Assembly (NCBI RefSeq): GCF_000009045.1
Contig: NC_000964.3
Location: forward strand, 720,001-752,000
Direction of reading: 5' to 3'
DNA: 32,000 nt
Source: Bacillus subtilis subsp. subtilis str. 168
GTDB lineage: Bacteria; Bacillota; Bacilli; Bacillales; Bacillaceae
The number at the start of each line of letters is the position of its first letter. Positions within the stretch are counted from its first letter, which is position 1. The translations under genes were made by a program, and so were the position numbers. Shown in pieces: positions 1 through 12,915 of the stretch. The notes under the pieces were generated by a model. The model worked only from the letters and a program-made list of their open reading frames with translations. It was not told the origin of the DNA and searched no databases.

Positions 1-3619
<3,619 letters not shown>

Positions 3620-3634
3620 GAGGAGTGTTTTCTA

Positions 3635-4825
3635 TTGAAAAAGACGTTGGCATTGGCGGCAACGGCGGCAGTATTAATGCTGTCTGCCTGCTCGTCAGGT
3701 TTCGGGGGGGAGAAGGAGGAAGAGATTACGCAAAAGACGGCGAAATCGTCAGAAAAAGCGATTGTCCCGAAATATAATATCTCTGACTCCTATTACAAAA
3801 TGGTGCTGCCGTTTAAGGCAGGCAAAGCGCGCGGCTTAACAACGGAACAGCTGAATACAAGGCTGGACATTGACGAATTTGAAACAGGGCTGATGCGCCT
3901 TGCCCAAGATTCTTTCTCAACTGACGATTATCTGTTCCAAGAAGGACAATATTTAGATGAGGATACAGTATTAAGCTGGCTGGCACGGAAAAAAACGGGC
4001 TCTGATTTGAAAAAAGCCGAAAAAGAAGATAAGAACTTCAAAAATGAAGGCTTGAACCCGGCGCTCCCGAGTTCTGGTTCAACAGAAGAAAAGAACGAAA
4101 GCAGCCCAATTTATTTAGCATCCATGCTTGAGCACGATTATTTAGTCAGAAAAGACAAGAATTCTATCCAGCTTGGCGGCGTCATGATCGGACTGGCGTT
4201 AAACTCAGTGTATTACTATCGTGAAAAAACTGGCGACCCGCAAAAAGAAGTGGAGATTAAAGACAGCACGCTTCGCCAGCAGGGAGAAAAAATTGCACAG
4301 GAGGTTATTAACCGCCTCCGCAAAAAAGATAACTTGAAGAATGTGCCGATTACCGTGGCGCTCTACAAGCAGGCGTCAAAAACATCGATTGTGCCGGGGA
4401 ACTTCATCGCCAAAACAGAGGTCAAAGCAGGCTCTACTGATATCTCAAATTGGGATGACATCAATGAAAAATATGTATTCTATCCGGCGGATACAACCAC
4501 AGCAGAAAAGTACCCGGATGACACCGAGGTCTTTAAGCGGTTCAAAAACTCAATTGAAGAATATTTCCCGAACTATACAGGCGTTGTCGGTACAGCGCTG
4601 TATGAAAATGATGAAATGAAGAAAATGAAGATTGACATACCAATGCAATTCTACGGAAAAAGTGAAGTTGTCGCGTTTACCCAGTTCTTAACGGGTGAAG
4701 TGATGGACTACTACTCTAAGAGCTCAGTTGATGTCGAAGTCAATATCACGTCCTCAGACGGACAGGAAGCGGTCATTATCCGCAATGCCGGAGATAAAGA
4801 GCCGACTGTTCACATTTATGACTGA
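3635..4825 (+). CDS. yerH: Putative lipoprotein YerH
   Basis: TTG start about 10 nt after AAGAGGAG. N-terminal signal peptide with lipobox LSAC ([19 protein letters not shown]). Lies 15 nt after ligA on the same strand. Confidence 0.85.
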
Positions 4826-4829
4826 TAGA

Positions 4830-4862
4830 AAACCCTTGTGCCATATTGGCACAAGGGTTTTT
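4830..4862 (+). terminator. Rho-independent terminator after yerH
   Basis: 13-bp perfect stem AAACCCTTGTGCC / GGCACAAGGGTTT with a 5-nt loop, running into a T-run (TTTTT), 5 nt after the yerH stop. Confidence 0.85.
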
Positions 4863-4986
4863 ATGTTACAATTAACAGGAAAAGGGAAAATATTTTCACT
4901 TCTGCCGAAACACAAATCAAGGGGAGGTATGTTGATGCTGGAAATCGTGTGAAAACAATCATTATCAAATCTATAGCAATGAAAGG

Positions 4987-5997
4987 ATGTTAGACGTGCA
5001 TAAAGATATCAAAAAAATATTTCATGAAGAGCAGGTTTTGGCAGAAGCTGCAGCGAGATACGGTTTCTCAAAAGATCAGGTGCGTTTTCTGGCTGATGCG
5101 GAAAACTATGTATATGAATGTATGAAAGACAATCAACCTTATATTTTAAAGATTACCCATACGATTCGGAGATCTTCTGATTATATGATGGGAGAGATGG
5201 AATGGCTCCGTCACCTTGCAATAGGGGGAATTTCAGTAGCCAAACCGCTCCCGTCGCTGAACGGAAAAGACGTAGAAGCAGTGCCGGACGGAAACGGCGG
5301 GTCATTTTTATTGAGAGTGTATGAGAAAGCGCCGGGGCAAAAAGTGGATGAATCGGACTGGAATGAAACGCTATTTTATGAGCTTGGCAGATACACAGGC
5401 AGCATGCACAGCCTGACAAAAAGCTACAAATTGAGCAATCCCGCTTTCAAAAGACAGGAATGGGATGAAGAGGAGCAATTAAAGCTGAGAAAATATGTGC
5501 CTGAAGATCAGATAAAGGTGTTTCAGCAAGCCGATTCTTTGATGAATGAACTGCGGAGGCTCCCGAAAAGCCAGGACAACTACGGCTTGGTGCATGCGGA
5601 TCTGCACCATGGCAATTTTAACTGGGATCATGGCAAAATCACGGCATTTGATTTTGATGATATCGGCTACAACTGGTTTGTTAACGATATTAGCATTCTT
5701 CTCTACAATGTCCTGTGGTATCCTGTTGTGCCATATGATGATAAAGCTGCGTTTACAGAAGAATTTATGACGCATTTTATGAAAGGGTACTGGGAGGAAA
5801 ATGAGCTTGACCCTGCATGGCTGATGATAATACCTGATTTCCTCCGCCTTCGCCATATGCTGATTTACGGATTGCTGCATCAGATGTTTGACCTTAACAC
5901 AATAGGAGAAGAGGAAAAAGAAATGCTGGCCGGTTTCAGAAGAGATATAGAGAATGGCACGCCGATTACAGCATTTGATTTTTCAGCACTGGTGTAG
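4987..5997 (+). CDS. yerI: Putative phosphotransferase of the APH/choline-kinase family (YerI)
   Basis: 336-aa ORF with the kinase catalytic-loop motif HADLHHGNF and the metal-binding motif FDFDD. The exact start is uncertain (ATG 4987 or GTG 4996). Confidence 0.8.
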   Translation: MLDVHKDIKKIFHEEQVLAEAAARYGFSKDQVRFLADAENYVYECMKDNQPYILKITHTIRRSSDYMMGEMEWLRHLAIGGISVAKPLPSLNGKDVEAVPDGNGGSFLLRVYEKAPGQKVDESDWNETLFYELGRYTGSMHSLTKSYKLSNPAFKRQEWDEEEQLKLRKYVPEDQIKVFQQADSLMNELRRLPKSQDNYGLVHADLHHGNFNWDHGKITAFDFDDIGYNWFVNDISILLYNVLWYPVVPYDDKAAFTEEFMTHFMKGYWEENELDPAWLMIIPDFLRLRHMLIYGLLHQMFDLNTIGEEEKEMLAGFRRDIENGTPITAFDFSALV

Positions 5998-6002
5998 ATA
6001 GA

Positions 6003-6036
6003 AAAAGCCAATGGGATTCCAGTCCCATTGGCTTTT
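6003..6036. terminator. Bidirectional terminator shared by convergent yerI and sapB
   Basis: 14-bp stem AAAAGCCAATGGGA / TCCCATTGGCTTTT with a 6-nt loop. An A-run on the left and a T-run on the right mean it can terminate both strands. Confidence 0.8.
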
Positions 6037-6733
6037 ATAATGTATCACACTTCACGCCGACTACGCCTTCAATGGCTTTAATGTCATAGTAGACATCGGT
6101 CGTGTATCTGTTTTTATGGACGCGGACCTTCACTTCCATAATTGGAAAATCCTTTTCGCCTAGGTCGTCGATCCGAACGGAGTGTGCTTTGATATCTCTT
6201 CTTTTCATTTCTTTTAAAATCTCTGTCATTTTGTCTTTATCAGAAAGTGACATTCTGATGCGGATGTCTTTTTCCTGCAGGCGGTCGGGGCCGATTTTTC
6301 TGACCACCCATGGGAGAAATTCCACACTGATCAGGATGAACAGAAGACTGGCAAACGCTTCTTTATAAAAACCGGCTCCCGTAGCAAGCCCGAGCCCCGC
6401 TGCCCCCCAGATCATGGCCGATGTCGTCAGGCCGGAAATGACATCATTGCTTTTTCGCAGGATGACACCGGCGCCGATAAACCCGACGCCGGAGATGATT
6501 TGTGCCGGCAGACGAAGCGGATCCATCATGATGCGGTAGTATTTAGGGAAATGATATGCCGCATTAATACTGACGATCGTCAGCATGCATGAGCTGACTG
6601 CGATGACAATACAGGTTTTTAATCCGAGCGGCTTATTTTTTAATTCGCGTTCAAGCCCGATGACCATGCCAATCAATGTGGCAATGCCCAATTTCAATAA
6701 AATATCAGGATCAATATACCAGCTCAACAGCAA
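6035..6733 (-). CDS. sapB: MgtC/SapB-family membrane protein
   Basis: 232-aa ORF. The N-terminal half is hydrophobic with MgtC-like helices (LIGMVIGLERE..., GVGFIGAGVILR). The C-terminal half is a soluble ACT-like domain. Its position between yerI and opuE matches B. subtilis. Confidence 0.85.
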   Translation of the reverse strand: MLLSWYIDPDILLKLGIATLIGMVIGLERELKNKPLGLKTCIVIAVSSCMLTIVSINAAYHFPKYYRIMMDPLRLPAQIISGVGFIGAGVILRKSNDVISGLTTSAMIWGAAGLGLATGAGFYKEAFASLLFILISVEFLPWVVRKIGPDRLQEKDIRIRMSLSDKDKMTEILKEMKRRDIKAHSVRIDDLGEKDFPIMEVKVRVHKNRYTTDVYYDIKAIEGVVGVKCDTL

Positions 6734-6839
6734 ACTTCCCCCTTCTCTATGGTGTTTTTAAATAAATATGATTTTCTCACAGTATTTATAGCAAAACAAG
6801 AGCACAAAAGCCACCAAGCTGCGCTTGATGGCTTATTGC

Positions 6840-8318
6840 TTACTTTTTGCGTTTTAACAGCTTTTCCATGACACCGAATAATCGGTAAGAGGCTTTTGCA
6901 GGACGTTTTGTGATCATGCTGACAATGATGCCGGCAATCATACTGAGAATAAACCCAGGGATGATTTCGTACACACCGGTTGATTTTGCCAGGCCGGTTG
7001 TAATCCAGATCAACACGGTCGCAGCCCCGACAATCATGGCAGCAAGCGCGCCCCATTCGTTCATTCGTTTCCAATACAGACTGAGCAGAATCGCAGGCCC
7101 GAAAGCTGAACCGAAGCCGGCCCAAGCGTATCCGACCAAATCAAGAATGGTGCTGTTCGGGTTCAATGACAAGAGTACCGCGATAACGGCAATGACTAAG
7201 ACGGACAATCGCCCGATCATGACCAATTCTTTATCAGAAGCTTTTCGTCTGAAAAATGACCGGTATAAATCCTCTGTTACAGCACTTGCTGTGACCAAGA
7301 GCTGTGAGGAAATCGAACTCATGATGGCAGCCAAAATAGCTGACAATAAGAACCCTGTAATTAATGGGTGGAACAAGATTTTAGAGAAGATAATGAAAAT
7401 CATCTCCGGATCTTTTACAGCAACTCCGAATTTATGGGCGTATGCAACACCGATTAAACCCGTCAGCACGGAACCTAGAACTGTAATGATCATCCAGCTC
7501 ATGCCGATTCGGCGTGCAGGTTTTAAATCTTTAATGTCTTTAATGGCCATAAATCGGACGATGATATGAGGCTGGCCGTAGTAGCCCAACCCCCAGGCTA
7601 AATAGGAAATAATGCTAATGACGCTCGCGCCTTTAAAAATATCCAATAAATGTGGATTAACAGCGTCGATTTCATGGAAAGTCGGAGCAACGCCGCCCAC
7701 ATGGGTAAAAGCAACGATCGGCACAAGCACTAGTGCTGCAAACATGATCGCACCCTGCACGAAGTCAGTCAGACTGACAGCAAGGAAACCGCCAAACAGT
7801 GTGTATAACACGACAACTGCGGTGGTCAGAAACAGGCCTAATTTGTAATCCGCACCAAAAGCAGATTCAAACAGCCGTCCGCCAGATACCATACCGGAAG
7901 AGGTATACAATGTGAAAAAGATCATGATGATCAATGCAGATACGATTTTCAGCAGTGATGAAGAATGCTGGAATCGTTTATCAAAGAAATCAGGAATTGT
8001 AATCGCATCATCTGCCGCTTCTGTATAAGCACGCAGCCTTGGAGCCAGCAGCAAGTAATTTGAGTACGCCCCGATTGTAAGACCTAAAGCAAGCCATAAG
8101 GTGGACAGCCCTGTCGCAAACATCGCGCCGGGAACACCCATCAGCATCCATCCGCTCATATCGGCCGCGCCGGCAGACAAAGCAGTAACGAATGGTCCGA
8201 GGCCTCTTCCTCCAAGCATGTAATCATTGATGTCAGTGGTTTTCTTGAATGCATACCAGCCGATTAACAGCATGGCAATAAAGTAAATTCCTAAAGATAT
8301 AATAATTTCAATACTCAC
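6840..8318 (-). CDS. opuE: Osmoregulated Na+/proline symporter (SSS family) OpuE
   Basis: 492-aa polytopic ORF with a GTG start after GAGAGGGT. The sequence has PutP/OpuE-like character (GGRGLGPFVTALSAGAADMSGWMLMG). Confidence 0.92.
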   Translation of the reverse strand: MSIEIIISLGIYFIAMLLIGWYAFKKTTDINDYMLGGRGLGPFVTALSAGAADMSGWMLMGVPGAMFATGLSTLWLALGLTIGAYSNYLLLAPRLRAYTEAADDAITIPDFFDKRFQHSSSLLKIVSALIIMIFFTLYTSSGMVSGGRLFESAFGADYKLGLFLTTAVVVLYTLFGGFLAVSLTDFVQGAIMFAALVLVPIVAFTHVGGVAPTFHEIDAVNPHLLDIFKGASVISIISYLAWGLGYYGQPHIIVRFMAIKDIKDLKPARRIGMSWMIITVLGSVLTGLIGVAYAHKFGVAVKDPEMIFIIFSKILFHPLITGFLLSAILAAIMSSISSQLLVTASAVTEDLYRSFFRRKASDKELVMIGRLSVLVIAVIAVLLSLNPNSTILDLVGYAWAGFGSAFGPAILLSLYWKRMNEWGALAAMIVGAATVLIWITTGLAKSTGVYEIIPGFILSMIAGIIVSMITKRPAKASYRLFGVMEKLLKRKK

Positions 8319-8452
8319 GTTTTACCCTCTCTTCATTTCTAATAATGTTGCATCACCTCTCAAATTGATGGTGCCAGTTAAGCAGCCTGGCGTAAGTGCA
8401 AAACAAAAGAAATTCTTTTGCGGGTGCACTTGGTAACTTAACCTAACAAAGT

Positions 8453-8478
8453 ATTCCCGGCCATTCAAGCGATGAAAC
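8453..8478 (-). promoter_or_regulatory. SigB-type promoter upstream of opuE
   Basis: The minus strand reads GTTTCA-N14-GGGAAT, which fits the SigB consensus GTTTaa-N12-15-GGGwAt. It lies about 135-160 nt upstream of the opuE start. opuE is known to have a SigB-dependent promoter in addition to a SigA one. Confidence 0.6.
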
Positions 8479-8731
8479 ATTGATCATAAGCTGGAAATAC
8501 CGTTGCAAACCTAGAAGGGAATAAAGAATAAAACGCTTTCAAAAAATAATTAAAGTAAAAATATTCAGAAAAATATTTCGTTTCTCCTTCTCCTCATTTT
8601 AGTATAAAATATATAGGGTATTGTTTCGAAAACACAGGCCTGTCTCAAGGCGTTTTGTTGCTTTAAAGGGCTTGTTTTTGATATGATCAGTATTATATGA
8701 CTTAACGGAGAAATATGTGGAGGTGGATCAT

Positions 8732-9022
8732 ATGTCACGAATTTCAATAGAAGAAGTAAAGCACGTTGCGCACCTTGCAAGACTTGCGATTACTGAAGAA
8801 GAAGCAAAAATGTTCACTGAACAGCTCGACAGTATCATTTCATTTGCCGAGGAGCTTAATGAGGTTAACACAGACAATGTGGAGCCTACAACTCACGTGC
8901 TGAAAATGAAAAATGTCATGAGAGAAGATGAAGCGGGTAAAGGTCTTCCGGTTGAGGATGTCATGAAAAATGCGCCTGACCATAAAGACGGCTATATTCG
9001 TGTGCCATCAATTCTGGACTAA
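8732..9022 (+). CDS. gatC: Glutamyl-tRNA(Gln) amidotransferase subunit C
   Basis: I prefer ATG 8732 ([18 protein letters not shown]...), about 5-7 nt after GGAGGTGG, over the GTG at 8717 used in the ORF track. This gives 96 aa. gatA follows immediately. Confidence 0.93.
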
Positions 9023-9037
9023 AGGAGGGACACAAGA

Positions 9038-10495
9038 ATGTCATTATTTGATCATAAAATCACAGAATTAAAACAGCTCATACATAAAAAAGAGATTAAG
9101 ATTTCTGATCTGGTTGATGAATCTTATAAACGCATCCAAGCGGTTGATGATAAGGTACAAGCCTTTTTGGCATTAGATGAAGAAAGAGCGCGCGCATACG
9201 CGAAGGAGCTTGATGAGGCGGTTGACGGCCGTTCTGAGCACGGTCTTCTTTTCGGTATGCCGATCGGCGTAAAAGATAATATCGTAACAAAAGGGCTGCG
9301 CACAACATGCTCCAGCAAAATTCTCGAAAACTTTGATCCGATTTACGATGCTACTGTCGTTCAGCGCCTTCAAGACGCTGAAGCGGTCACAATCGGAAAA
9401 CTGAACATGGACGAATTCGCCATGGGGTCATCTACAGAAAACTCAGCTTACAAGCTGACGAAAAACCCTTGGAACCTGGATACAGTTCCCGGCGGTTCAA
9501 GCGGCGGATCTGCAGCTGCGGTTGCTGCGGGAGAAGTTCCGTTTTCTCTTGGATCTGACACAGGCGGCTCCATCCGTCAGCCGGCATCTTTCTGCGGCGT
9601 TGTCGGATTAAAACCTACATACGGACGTGTATCTCGTTACGGCCTGGTCGCATTTGCGTCTTCATTGGACCAAATCGGACCGATTACACGTACGGTTGAG
9701 GATAACGCGTTTTTACTTCAAGCGATTTCCGGCGTAGACAAAATGGACTCTACGAGTGCAAATGTGGACGTGCCTGATTTTCTTTCTTCATTAACTGGCG
9801 ACATCAAAGGACTGAAAATCGCCGTTCCGAAAGAATACCTTGGTGAAGGTGTCGGCAAAGAAGCGAGAGAATCTGTCTTGGCAGCGCTGAAAGTCCTTGA
9901 AGGTCTCGGCGCTACATGGGAAGAAGTGTCTCTTCCGCACAGTAAATACGCGCTTGCGACATATTACCTGCTGTCATCTTCTGAAGCGTCAGCGAACCTT
10001 GCACGCTTTGACGGCATCCGCTACGGCTACCGCACAGACAACGCGGATAACCTGATCGACCTTTACAAGCAAACGCGCGCTGAAGGTTTCGGAAATGAAG
10101 TCAAACGCCGCATCATGCTCGGAACGTTTGCTTTAAGCTCAGGCTACTACGATGCGTACTACAAAAAAGCGCAAAAAGTGCGTACGTTGATTAAGAAGGA
10201 TTTCGAGGACGTATTTGAAAAATATGATGTTATTGTTGGACCGACTACACCGACACCTGCGTTTAAAATCGGTGAAAACACGAAGGATCCGCTCACAATG
10301 TACGCAAACGATATCTTAACGATTCCGGTCAACCTTGCCGGCGTACCGGGAATCAGTGTGCCATGCGGATTAGCAGACGGACTTCCGCTCGGCCTGCAAA
10401 TCATCGGAAAACACTTTGATGAAAGCACTGTATACCGCGTTGCTCATGCATTTGAACAAGCAACAGACCATCATAAAGCAAAACCTGAACTGTAA
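9038..10495 (+). CDS. gatA: Glutamyl-tRNA(Gln) amidotransferase subunit A
   Basis: 485-aa ORF with the amidase signature [14 protein letters not shown]...[23 protein letters not shown] upstream. Confidence 0.97.
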
Positions 10496-10508
10496 GGGGT
10501 GAAAAGAA

Positions 10509-11939
10509 TTGAACTTTGAAACGGTAATCGGACTTGAAGTCCACGTTGAGTTAAAAACAAAATCAAAAATTTTCTCAAGCTCTCCAACGCCATTCGGCGC
10601 GGAGGCGAATACGCAGACAAGCGTTATTGACCTCGGATATCCGGGCGTCCTGCCTGTTCTGAACAAAGAAGCCGTTGAATTCGCAATGAAAGCCGCTATG
10701 GCGCTCAACTGTGAGATCGCAACGGATACGAAGTTTGACCGCAAAAACTATTTCTATCCTGACAACCCGAAAGCGTATCAGATTTCTCAATTTGATAAGC
10801 CAATCGGCGAAAACGGCTGGATCGAAATTGAAGTCGGCGGCAAAACAAAACGCATCGGCATCACGCGCCTTCATCTTGAAGAGGATGCCGGAAAACTGAC
10901 GCATACGGGCGACGGCTATTCTCTTGTTGACTTCAACCGTCAAGGAACGCCGCTTGTTGAGATCGTATCAGAGCCGGACATCCGCACGCCGGAAGAAGCG
11001 TACGCATATCTTGAAAAGCTGAAATCCATCATCCAATATACAGGCGTTTCTGACTGTAAAATGGAAGAAGGCTCACTTCGCTGTGACGCCAATATCTCTC
11101 TTCGTCCGATCGGCCAAGAGGAATTCGGCACAAAAACAGAATTGAAAAACTTGAACTCCTTTGCGTTTGTTCAAAAAGGCCTTGAGCATGAAGAAAAACG
11201 CCAGGAGCAGGTTCTTCTTTCCGGCGGCGTCATCCAGCAAGAAACTCGCCGTTATGATGAAGCAACGAAGAAAACCATTCTTATGCGTGTCAAAGAGGGA
11301 TCTGACGACTACCGTTACTTCCCAGAGCCAGATCTAGTCGAGCTCTACATTGATGATGAATGGAAGGAACGCGTAAAAGCAAGCATTCCTGAGCTTCCGG
11401 ATGAGCGCCGCAAGCGTTATATCGAAGAGCTTGGCTTGCCTGCATATGACGCAATGGTTCTGACGCTGACAAAAGAAATGGCTGATTTCTTCGAAGAAAC
11501 CGTTCAAAAAGGCGCTGAAGCTAAACAAGCGTCTAACTGGCTGATGGGTGAAGTGTCAGCTTACCTAAACGCAGAACAAAAAGAGCTTGCCGATGTTGCC
11601 CTGACACCTGAAGGCCTTGCCGGCATGATCAAATTGATTGAAAAAGGAACCATTTCTTCTAAGATCGCGAAGAAAGTGTTTAAAGAATTGATTGAAAAAG
11701 GCGGCGACGCTGAGAAGATTGTGAAAGAGAAAGGCCTTGTTCAGATTTCTGACGAAGGCGTGCTTCTGAAGCTTGTCACTGAGGCGCTTGACAACAATCC
11801 TCAATCAATCGAAGACTTTAAAAACGGAAAAGACCGCGCGATCGGCTTCCTAGTCGGACAGATTATGAAAGCGTCCAAAGGACAAGCCAACCCGCCGATG
11901 GTCAACAAAATTCTGCTTGAAGAAATTAAAAAACGCTAA
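10509..11939 (+). CDS. gatB: Aspartyl/glutamyl-tRNA amidotransferase subunit B
   Basis: 476-aa ORF with a TTG start after AAGGGGTGAAAAG. The N-terminus is GatB-typical ([15 protein letters not shown]) and there is a C-terminal YqeY-like domain. Confidence 0.97.
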   Translation: MNFETVIGLEVHVELKTKSKIFSSSPTPFGAEANTQTSVIDLGYPGVLPVLNKEAVEFAMKAAMALNCEIATDTKFDRKNYFYPDNPKAYQISQFDKPIGENGWIEIEVGGKTKRIGITRLHLEEDAGKLTHTGDGYSLVDFNRQGTPLVEIVSEPDIRTPEEAYAYLEKLKSIIQYTGVSDCKMEEGSLRCDANISLRPIGQEEFGTKTELKNLNSFAFVQKGLEHEEKRQEQVLLSGGVIQQETRRYDEATKKTILMRVKEGSDDYRYFPEPDLVELYIDDEWKERVKASIPELPDERRKRYIEELGLPAYDAMVLTLTKEMADFFEETVQKGAEAKQASNWLMGEVSAYLNAEQKELADVALTPEGLAGMIKLIEKGTISSKIAKKVFKELIEKGGDAEKIVKEKGLVQISDEGVLLKLVTEALDNNPQSIEDFKNGKDRAIGFLVGQIMKASKGQANPPMVNKILLEEIKKR

Positions 11940-11940
11940 T

Positions 11941-11971
11941 AAAAAAGCAGCCCTTAGAGGCTGCTTTTTTT
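11941..11971. terminator. Bidirectional terminator between convergent gatB and yerO
   Basis: AAAAAAGCAGCC-CTTAGA-GGCTGCTTTTTT is a perfect hairpin flanked by an A-run and a T-run. The yerO stop codon lies inside the loop. Confidence 0.85.
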
Positions 11972-12823
11972 ATGGTCAAATTGAGATAAAGACAAGATGA
12001 GGGCCCGAAGCCTTTCAACTTCTTTGTCGTTGGTTCCGGCCAAATTGGACAGCATGCCTTTAATAATCGGCTTGCGCGGTTTATCCTGAGTCAATTCTTC
12101 CTCGATAACATCAAGTGACACGGTGATATCCTCGGGCAGCGTGCTGTTTTCTTTCACTTTCTGAATGTCCTCAAGCAGCTGGTCTTTTCCCGCAGGCATC
12201 GGGTTAAAAATGTCTTTTGATACAATCGGATTGAGTGCAGAACGGCTCAGCCCCTGTACAAGATCATCCAGTCTCTCAATAATAAAGGCTGAGATTTCTT
12301 CTGCATCGATATTAAGCTCACCGTTAAATACCATCACGTTCATATAGGAATGCACAATGCCTCTTGCCATGATGGACAGATCTGCGACATACCGCTCGAT
12401 TCCTTCGCCATAGGATACCAGCAAGGCGTTCCGGTACAGCTTATCCGTCTCCATGGTTACTTTGTAAAAGTATTGCTTGATTTCTTGATTTTCCGGAATG
12501 ATATTTTCGGTAAGCAAAAGAACGATAAAATCTTTATGATCGCGAAAATCCTCAAATTGAGCGCCAATTTGCTTTTTTAACACTTCCTTAGGCGGCTTTC
12601 CGGCGAGATCTTCTTCTATATTTTTCATTTTGTTCATAGACATACCGATATAATATTCACAGGCAGATAACAGCAGCGCTTCTTTCGATTTGAAGTGCAA
12701 ATAAAAAGCGCCCTTCGAAATGCCGCATTCACTGGCGATTTCTTGGATCGTCGTAGCTGCGAATCCTTTTTTCGCAAATAAACGAATGCTGGTTTTTATG
12801 ATTCTCTCTTTTTTTTCATTCAT
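11954..12823 (-). CDS. yerO: TetR-family transcriptional regulator YerO
   Basis: I prefer ATG 12823 (MNEKKERIIKTSIRLFAKKGF...), about 8 nt after AAGGGGAA. TetR HTH: GFAATTIQEIASECGISKGAFYLHFKSKEAL. The longer 325-aa ORF in the track would run into swrC and has no RBS. Confidence 0.88.
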   Translation of the reverse strand: MNEKKERIIKTSIRLFAKKGFAATTIQEIASECGISKGAFYLHFKSKEALLLSACEYYIGMSMNKMKNIEEDLAGKPPKEVLKKQIGAQFEDFRDHKDFIVLLLTENIIPENQEIKQYFYKVTMETDKLYRNALLVSYGEGIERYVADLSIMARGIVHSYMNVMVFNGELNIDAEEISAFIIERLDDLVQGLSRSALNPIVSKDIFNPMPAGKDQLLEDIQKVKENSTLPEDITVSLDVIEEELTQDKPRKPIIKGMLSNLAGTNDKEVERLRALILSLSQFDHKKSSL

Positions 12824-12889
12824 GACGTGCTTCCCCTTAATCCTTGAAAAATTTAGTAAAATTTTCTGGTATATGAGTTGACGTTGTTG

Positions 12890-12899
12890 CGTTATAACG
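12890..12899. promoter_or_regulatory. Perfect 10-bp palindrome CGTTATAACG in the yerO/swrC divergent region (candidate operator)
   Basis: The palindrome was read directly from the sequence. It sits between TTGACG (12878-12883) and a -10-like TAGTAT/TATTAT (12902-12910) upstream of swrC. Confidence 0.3.
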
Positions 12900-12915
12900 T
12901 TTAGTATTATATAGA

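Noticed and set aside
6724-7848. ORFs overlapping opuE (6724..7125 -, 6910..7569 +, 7612..7848 +).
   Set aside because: These are shadow frames of a 492-aa transporter gene. The translations are not protein-like and no independent start signals were found.
8319-8716. The ~400-nt opuE/gatC intergenic region was examined for a riboswitch, T-box or small gene (including ORF 8565..8780 -).
   Set aside because: I could not recognise a T-box specifier/antiterminator or any other riboswitch core. The ORF has no RBS and overlaps the gatC start. Only the SigB-type promoter was convincing.
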